A stretch of DNA of 64,000 nucleotides from Octopus vulgaris (Eukaryota), in the NCBI GenBank assembly GCA_951406725.2, contig OX597830.1, positions 124,001 to 188,000 on the forward strand, read 5' to 3'. The position numbers and the translations under genes were made by a program. Under the pieces are notes generated by a model. It saw only the letters and a list, made by a program, of their open reading frames with translations. It was not told where the DNA came from and searched no databases. Positions 57,641 to 64,000 of this stretch are shown one piece after another (the stretch's first letter is position 1; each line of letters begins with the position of its first letter).

Positions 57641-58022
57641 ACTTCCAATCTAAAATATCAATATTTTAAAATATAAAAATAATAATTTAAAAATAATTAA
57701 AGTATTAATGAAAAAATATAAATATATAATCTATTTATAACCTATATATAATCCATATATAATCAATATATAAACAATATATAAACTAAAATAAACCTAT
57801 CAACAATTAAATATAAAATATAAAATATAAAACAAAACAAAACAAAAAATAAACTATATATACACCCATACACATATAACTAATTATATATAACCATATC
57901 TAAATACATACACTAAATCACACACCTATATATATCCCTATACATACACATAAAAACGTCTAGGCAACGATAAATAAATAAAATAGCCAAATACTTCAAC
58001 ACAATACTTATTCATACTCCCT

Positions 58023-60248
58023 CACACACACATACAACCCACATTCCCGCTCTAGAAACGGACATCATTTAAAATTATGAATGGAGAAATGGAATAAATG
58101 GAATTAAAAATTATATTCACTTGGTAAAACGAACATTACTTAAAAATTATGAATGAAATAATGCAATAAAACAACAGACATCGCAAATAGACACAAATTA
58201 CTACGAATTCCTTAACAAAACTACCATGACAAACCAAAACTCATAAAAACATATAATGATAAAATCTCCCTTTACTAAACTCTATAACATACCTATATAG
58301 CAATCCCCCTAACCTAAACATTCCCACACAAATACACACACGTAAACCACACACCCACGACATATACAAATACCCACCTCACTCACACATACCTATACAT
58401 ACATATAAACCTCAACATATACTCCAAAAACCCACTCAACCCCACACAGACAAATAAACACATACACCCCCAAACCTATATAGCAAACCCATAAACACAT
58501 TCACACACAAATATACATACGTAAAACACACACCATATACATATACATACTCACTAAACTCGATATATACAACAATATTAACACACCCACACTCATACAG
58601 ATAAACAAACTACACAACCAAAATACGCACACACTCACACACAATCCCACATACATAAACACTCCAAAGAAAAACAACATTATTACACATAATACGATAT
58701 ATAAAATACATCGTAAGTAACCAGAATATCAAAAATAACAATATGACATAAGGAGAAATAATATACATACTTTCAAGTCAGTTTCAAATTATGAAGTGAA
58801 ATTAAATTCTAAGCCGTTAAAAACATCAAACCAAAATTACGTTACCATAGGAACATAACTTATGTATAAAGAGAATACGCGCTATGGAAGCAAACGTCAT
58901 TTAAAATTATGAATGGAGAAATAGAATAAATGGAATTAAAAATTATATTCACGCGGTAAACCAACATTATTTAAAAAAATTATGAATGGATTCTTTAATA
59001 AAACTACCATGATAAACTAAAACTCACAAAAACATAAATGATAAAACCTCCCTTTACTAAACCCTATAACATACTTATATAGCAATCCCTTTAACCTATA
59101 CATTCACACACAAATACACACACGTAAACCACACACCCATAACAAATACAAACACCCACCCCACTCACACACACCCACAAGTACATATAAGCCTCAACAT
59201 ATACACCAAACAAAATTACGTTACCAAGGAACTTAACATATGTATAAAAAGTATTCCCGCTCTGGAAACGAACATCTTTTAAAATTATGAATGGAGAAAT
59301 GGAATAAATGGAATTAAAAATAATATTCACGTGGTAAAACGAACACCACTCAAAAATTATGAATGAAACAATGTAATAAAACAACAAACATCGTAAATAG
59401 ACAAATTACCACGAATTCCTTAATAAAACCACCATGATAAACCAAAACTCATAAAAACATATAATGATAAAATCTTCCTTTGCTAAACTCTATAACAAAC
59501 CTATATAGCAATCCCCCTAACCTAAACATTCACACACAAATACACACACGTAAACCACAGACCCACGACTTATACAAATACCCACCTCACTCACACATAC
59601 CTATACTAACTTATAAACCTCAATATACACCAAAAACCCACTCCCTCCCCACACAGATAAATTAACACATACATCCCCAAACCTATATAACAAACCCATA
59701 TACACATTCACACACAAATATACATACGTAAAACACACACAACATATACATATACTCCCTCACATATACGCATATACATACTCACTAAACTCGATATATA
59801 CAACAATATTTACACACCCACACTCATACAGATAAATAAATTATACAACTAAAATACGCACACACTCACACACAATCTCACATACATAAACACTCCAAAG
59901 AAAAACAACATTATTACACATAAAACGATATATAAAATACATCGTAATTAACCAGAATATCAAAAATAACAATATGACATAAGGAGAAATAAAATACATA
60001 CTTTCAAGTCAGTTTCAAATTATGAAGTGAAATTAAATTCTAAGCCGTTAAAAAAATCAAACCAAAATTACGTTACCATAGGAACATAACTTATGTATAA
60101 AAAGACTACGCGCTATGGAAGCAAACGTCATTTAAAATTATGAATGGAGAAATAGAATAAATGGAATTAAAAACTATATCCACGCGGCAAACCAACACTA
60201 CTTAAAAAAATTATGAATGGATTCTTTAATAAAACTACCATGATAAAT
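58023..60248. repeat. About 1.23-kb tandem duplication built from nested CA-rich subrepeats
   Basis: attcccgctct at 58023 and 59253; cgcgctatggaagcaaacg at 58878 and 60109. Confidence 0.85.
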
Positions 60249-61665
60249 TATTATATGTATTTATGAGCTTTAGTTTATCTTGGCAGCTCTAACAAACAAT
60301 TTGCAGTAACCCACGTCTATTTTTGATGCCTGCTATTCTACTACACTATTCCATTCCCAATTCTAAGCAACGCTAGCCTACCACCCGGTTACAATTCCCA
60401 ATTCCACTTATTCCATTCACAATTTCAATGACGTTCGCTTCCATAGTGCTACGTATGAGCCTCAATATATGCACCGGTGATTCGCTTCCACATCCGTGCG
60501 GATGGAAGAGAGTATGCATTGAGTGTAGTGATGGGGCTCCCTTTGCTATGCACGTTTGTACCTGTGTGGTAGTCTCCATGTGTATATTCACGCACGGGTA
60601 TAAGTGCGGGGGGTATACGCACACGGCATGTGCGTGTACCCCCTCACATGTACATGTGCATGCTTGTTGGGCTCGATATGTGCAACGGTGTGTTCGCGCC
60701 CGCATTCATGCGGATGGGTGAATTGTACAATTAAAATACGCACACGTGTGTGTGTGCGTTTTTTGGTTGTGCAGTTCGCCCATCTGGGTGTGAGTGGGTG
60801 TGAGCGTATTGCTGTGGATGTCGAGTTTGATACGTATGTATATGAGGGTGTTTGGGGGGTTGTACGTATGTGTTGTGTGTGTGTGTTTTGCGTATGTGTG
60901 TTTGTGTATGGATGAATATATGGGGATTGCTATGTGGGTGTAATTGGGTATGGAGGGGGAGTTTTGTCATTGTATGGGTGTGGGTTTCATTTGTGATGGT
61001 GGTTTGTTGGTGATTTGTGGTATGTTCTGTATATTTGGGTTAGTTATGTATTGTTCTTGTGTGTGTAATTGTATACATGTATGATTGGTGTGAGTGGGAT
61101 TGCGCCCATTTTTGGGGATGTATGTGTTTATTTGTCCGTGTGGGGCGGGAGTGGCCCTTTGGTGTATATGTTGAGGTTTATATGTAATTCCAGGTACGCG
61201 TGAATGAGGTGGGCACTTGTATTTGTTATGGGTGTGTGTACTTTATTATAACAGACAATACCCAAATAAAATCTGTCAATTCAACATACCAAATAAAAAC
61301 AAAGGGATCGTAAACATTCACACATACGTACAGAACTCAATATATACACCACTAAATAACACCCATCAACCATATAAATATATCCTCCAATATACATATA
61401 ACAAATGCATAATAAAAATACATAATAAAATAAAATTAAAAAAATATATATAATTAAAGAAAATAAAAAAATCTAATATAAATTATTAAAGTTTTAACGT
61501 ACCATAAACTGTTATATTAATATACATTAAAAATGAACTAATTAAAACAAAGAAATATCAATAAAGACTAACTATAATTAAAGCCTAGACTACATAACCA
61601 AATAAATATAATTATCTAAACTAATTTAAACTAAACTAAAGTAACCTAATAGGGAACTATTAATG

Positions 61666-62070
61666 CTATTTATCATGAAACTTATTATAAAGGTAAAGTA
61701 ACTTATGTCTGCATTTTATTTTGCGCTCTTCACCAGTATTAAGTAAATTATCATACTTATAAAATAAAATTTCTTTAAACTCATTAGAGCATAAATAACA
61801 ACAATTAGCTCCTATAGTATATGATTTAGTTTTACAAATTATTTCCCAAATTAAACTATAATTAATATTTAGTGATTTAAGACTCCAAATGTACTTACTA
61901 AGTCCGGTTGAGTTGATTAAGTTTTTATTTTTAAAAGAATTCATATGTTGTGCGATTCTTAATTTTATTTTTGAGGAAGTAGAACCTATATAAACCGCTT
62001 TTGGGTAATTATTATTCTTAAAGTTATTATCATGTAATGTAACTATACATTTATACACTACATCGTTAAT
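61666..62070 (-). pseudogene. PLE GIY-YIG endonuclease domain
   Basis: VVYKC..YIG motif, catalytic R and E, and terminal LLN. Confidence 0.85.
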
Positions 62071-62455
62071 ATCACAATTATTATTTATATTTAATATACA
62101 ATTAGATTTATCTCTACATGTACAATTAATATAAGTCTTATCATTATTAATATTATTATCAAATAATTTCTTTTTATAAAAATTTTAGTGTATGTATTTA
62201 GATATGGTTATATATAATTAGTTATATGTGTATGGGTGTATATATAGTTTATTTTTTGTTTTGTTTTATATTTTATATTTTATATTTAATTGTTGATAGG
62301 TTTATTTTAGTTTATATATTGTTTATATATTGATTATATATGGATTATATATAGGTTATATATAGATTATATATTTATATTTTTTCATTAATACTTTAAT
62401 TATTTTAAAATTATTATTTTTATATTTTTAAATATTGATATTTTAGATTGGAAGT

Positions 62456-62498
62456 CCACCTGAAGATTGTCGATCAGGACAAGAAACAATTGTAGTGG
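62456..62498 (+). ncRNA. Canonical minimal type I hammerhead ribozyme (inverted twin of 57598-57640)
   Basis: ccac-CTGAAGA-ttgtc gatcag gacaa-GAAAC-aatt-GTA-gtgg. Confidence 0.92.
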
Positions 62499-62583
62499 CG
62501 GTTTTTTTGACTTTTTATTAAAATTTTATGTATTGATTAAGTCTTTCCTTGTTTGTTTTGCAAAATAGTGGTTTTGTCTCTAA

Positions 62584-62649
<66 letters not shown>

Positions 62650-62654
<5 letters not shown>

Positions 62655-63075
62655 CAGTATATAGAGCTGATTAACTATAACCTTATGTATATACTTATAT
62701 ATATATGTATATGTAGGTGCATATACACTTATATGTATATATGTATACATGCATATTCTTGTATACGTGTACCTTGTTTAATATTCATATTTGCATTTTA
62801 TATCTTCCTTTTATATCTTTATATTTATACTTTATAATCTCTGACGAGGCCTTGAGATATATATATATAACTCATTTTTATACTGCATATTATCTCATTA
62901 CATCTGACTAATATGGGCATAATGAGATACTCTTATCTACGGGCTGAAACAGCTGTAAGATCCATTTTATATGTATTATCCTTATGGTATTATCTTACTT
63001 ATTGATGTATATTGTTTTATACTGTATTATTCTGTTGGATTTGGATGTTCCTATTTAATATAAATAATTAGTTAA
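62650..63075 (+). mobile_element. HHR element family C, intact copy
   Basis: Begins at (TA)n, has a second copy at 54763-55150, and is non-coding. Confidence 0.75.
62837..62961 (+). ncRNA. Type I hammerhead ribozyme with about 100-nt branched stem II domain
   Basis: atct-CTGACGA-ggcc...ggct-GAAAC-agct-GTA-agat, with an internal hairpin tatctcatta...taatgagata. Confidence 0.8.
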
Positions 63076-63194
63076 TAAATTATATGAATTGCTATTATCT
63101 GGAAGTTGATGATTGATAGAAATCTATTCCTCCATTTTCTTATTTTGTATTATGAATTTGAGGTAAAAGATTTTACCTTCGCCCATATAAATTT

Positions 63195-63459
63195 CGGGGT
63201 CATTCCGAAAAGCTCTATCTGCGACGATTTCATCTCAATCGAAGGAGAGGGGCTTTCTCCGTCCGGGTTGCGGATCCGTGGAACAAACTGCCAGACGAGA
63301 TGGTGAAGATGCCGACGACCGCTTTGTTCAAAGTCTCCCTTGAACTCAAGTGGCCTGAACTCTTTACATGAACACCACCCTGTACATAACTCCATGTCCC
63401 CCTACATGGCCTTGCTTTTTGCTTTTTGAGCCAAAAAATTAACTAACTAACTAACTAAC
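63195..63459 (+). mobile_element. CR1 LINE 3' end with (AACT)n tail
   Basis: RGHSEKL..RRGAFSVRVADPWNKLP..FKVSL, then a short UTR and aactaactaact. Confidence 0.85.
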
Positions 63460-63617
63460 ATAAATGAAATAACTGCATTGCAATTCTTAGCATTTATATA
63501 TTAGCCTTCTGGGTACTTTACTGGCAGTAATGATATCCCATAGTGGGTTACACTCATAACCCCTATCTCACTTTGTACTTTTATATATATATGTATATAT
63601 GTATATATATATATATG

Positions 63618-63674
<57 letters not shown>

Positions 63675-63694
63675 GTGTGTGTATATACATATAT

Positions 63695-63750
<56 letters not shown>

Positions 63751-64000
63751 TAGAAAAAGGTTATTTACAGAATAACGTAGTTTAGTGACAGCTAATTAAT
63801 GTAAGAGAACGGGTTTATGCCAAAGCCCTTCTAGAAATGGAAACGTAGTAATGCTTGAGACTTCTGCTACGATAGGTGTGTAGGAACCATATAAAATTTA
63901 TGGGTATCAGAATCGTACAAAGTCGGAAGGAAATTCGTGGATGAAATAAGACAGCTACTGGAGGCAAACGGGAAATAAATAAACAAGGTTGTTGCTTAAG

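Larger units (their letters stand above)
57418..62595 (-). mobile_element. Truncated PLE bounded by about 415-bp inverted terminal repeats, each with a HHR; GIY-YIG remnant and long repetitive 3' region
   Basis: 57501-57917 is the reverse complement of 62184-62595. ORF 61666-62058 has VYKC..VYIGSTS..KLRIAQH..LSKYIW..CYLC..E..LLN. Confidence 0.85.

Overview
AT-rich, microsatellite-saturated eukaryotic DNA with no convincing host exon. The SINE/LINE repertoire resembles that of Octopus (inference from recalled repeat families). Most long ORFs in the track are (TA)n or (TAA)n artefacts. Real coding remnants are all decayed transposons: five or six Penelope-like elements (PLEs; RT and/or GIY-YIG), R4/Dong-type LINEs in (TAA)n, CR1, RTE and Tx1-like LINE pieces, Tc1/mariner remnants, a solo LTR, tRNA-derived SINEs and Helitron-like repeats. 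The main unexplained signal is about 11 type I hammerhead ribozyme (HHR) motifs read by eye, nearly all with a palindromic stem/loop III. Some sit in PLE terminal repeats. Others sit in short non-coding elements inserted in (TA)n. One of these (49272-50054) is exactly one 588-nt unit plus an inverted piece that reads across the unit's end-to-start junction, as expected of a retrozyme-like element copied from a circular or multimeric RNA.
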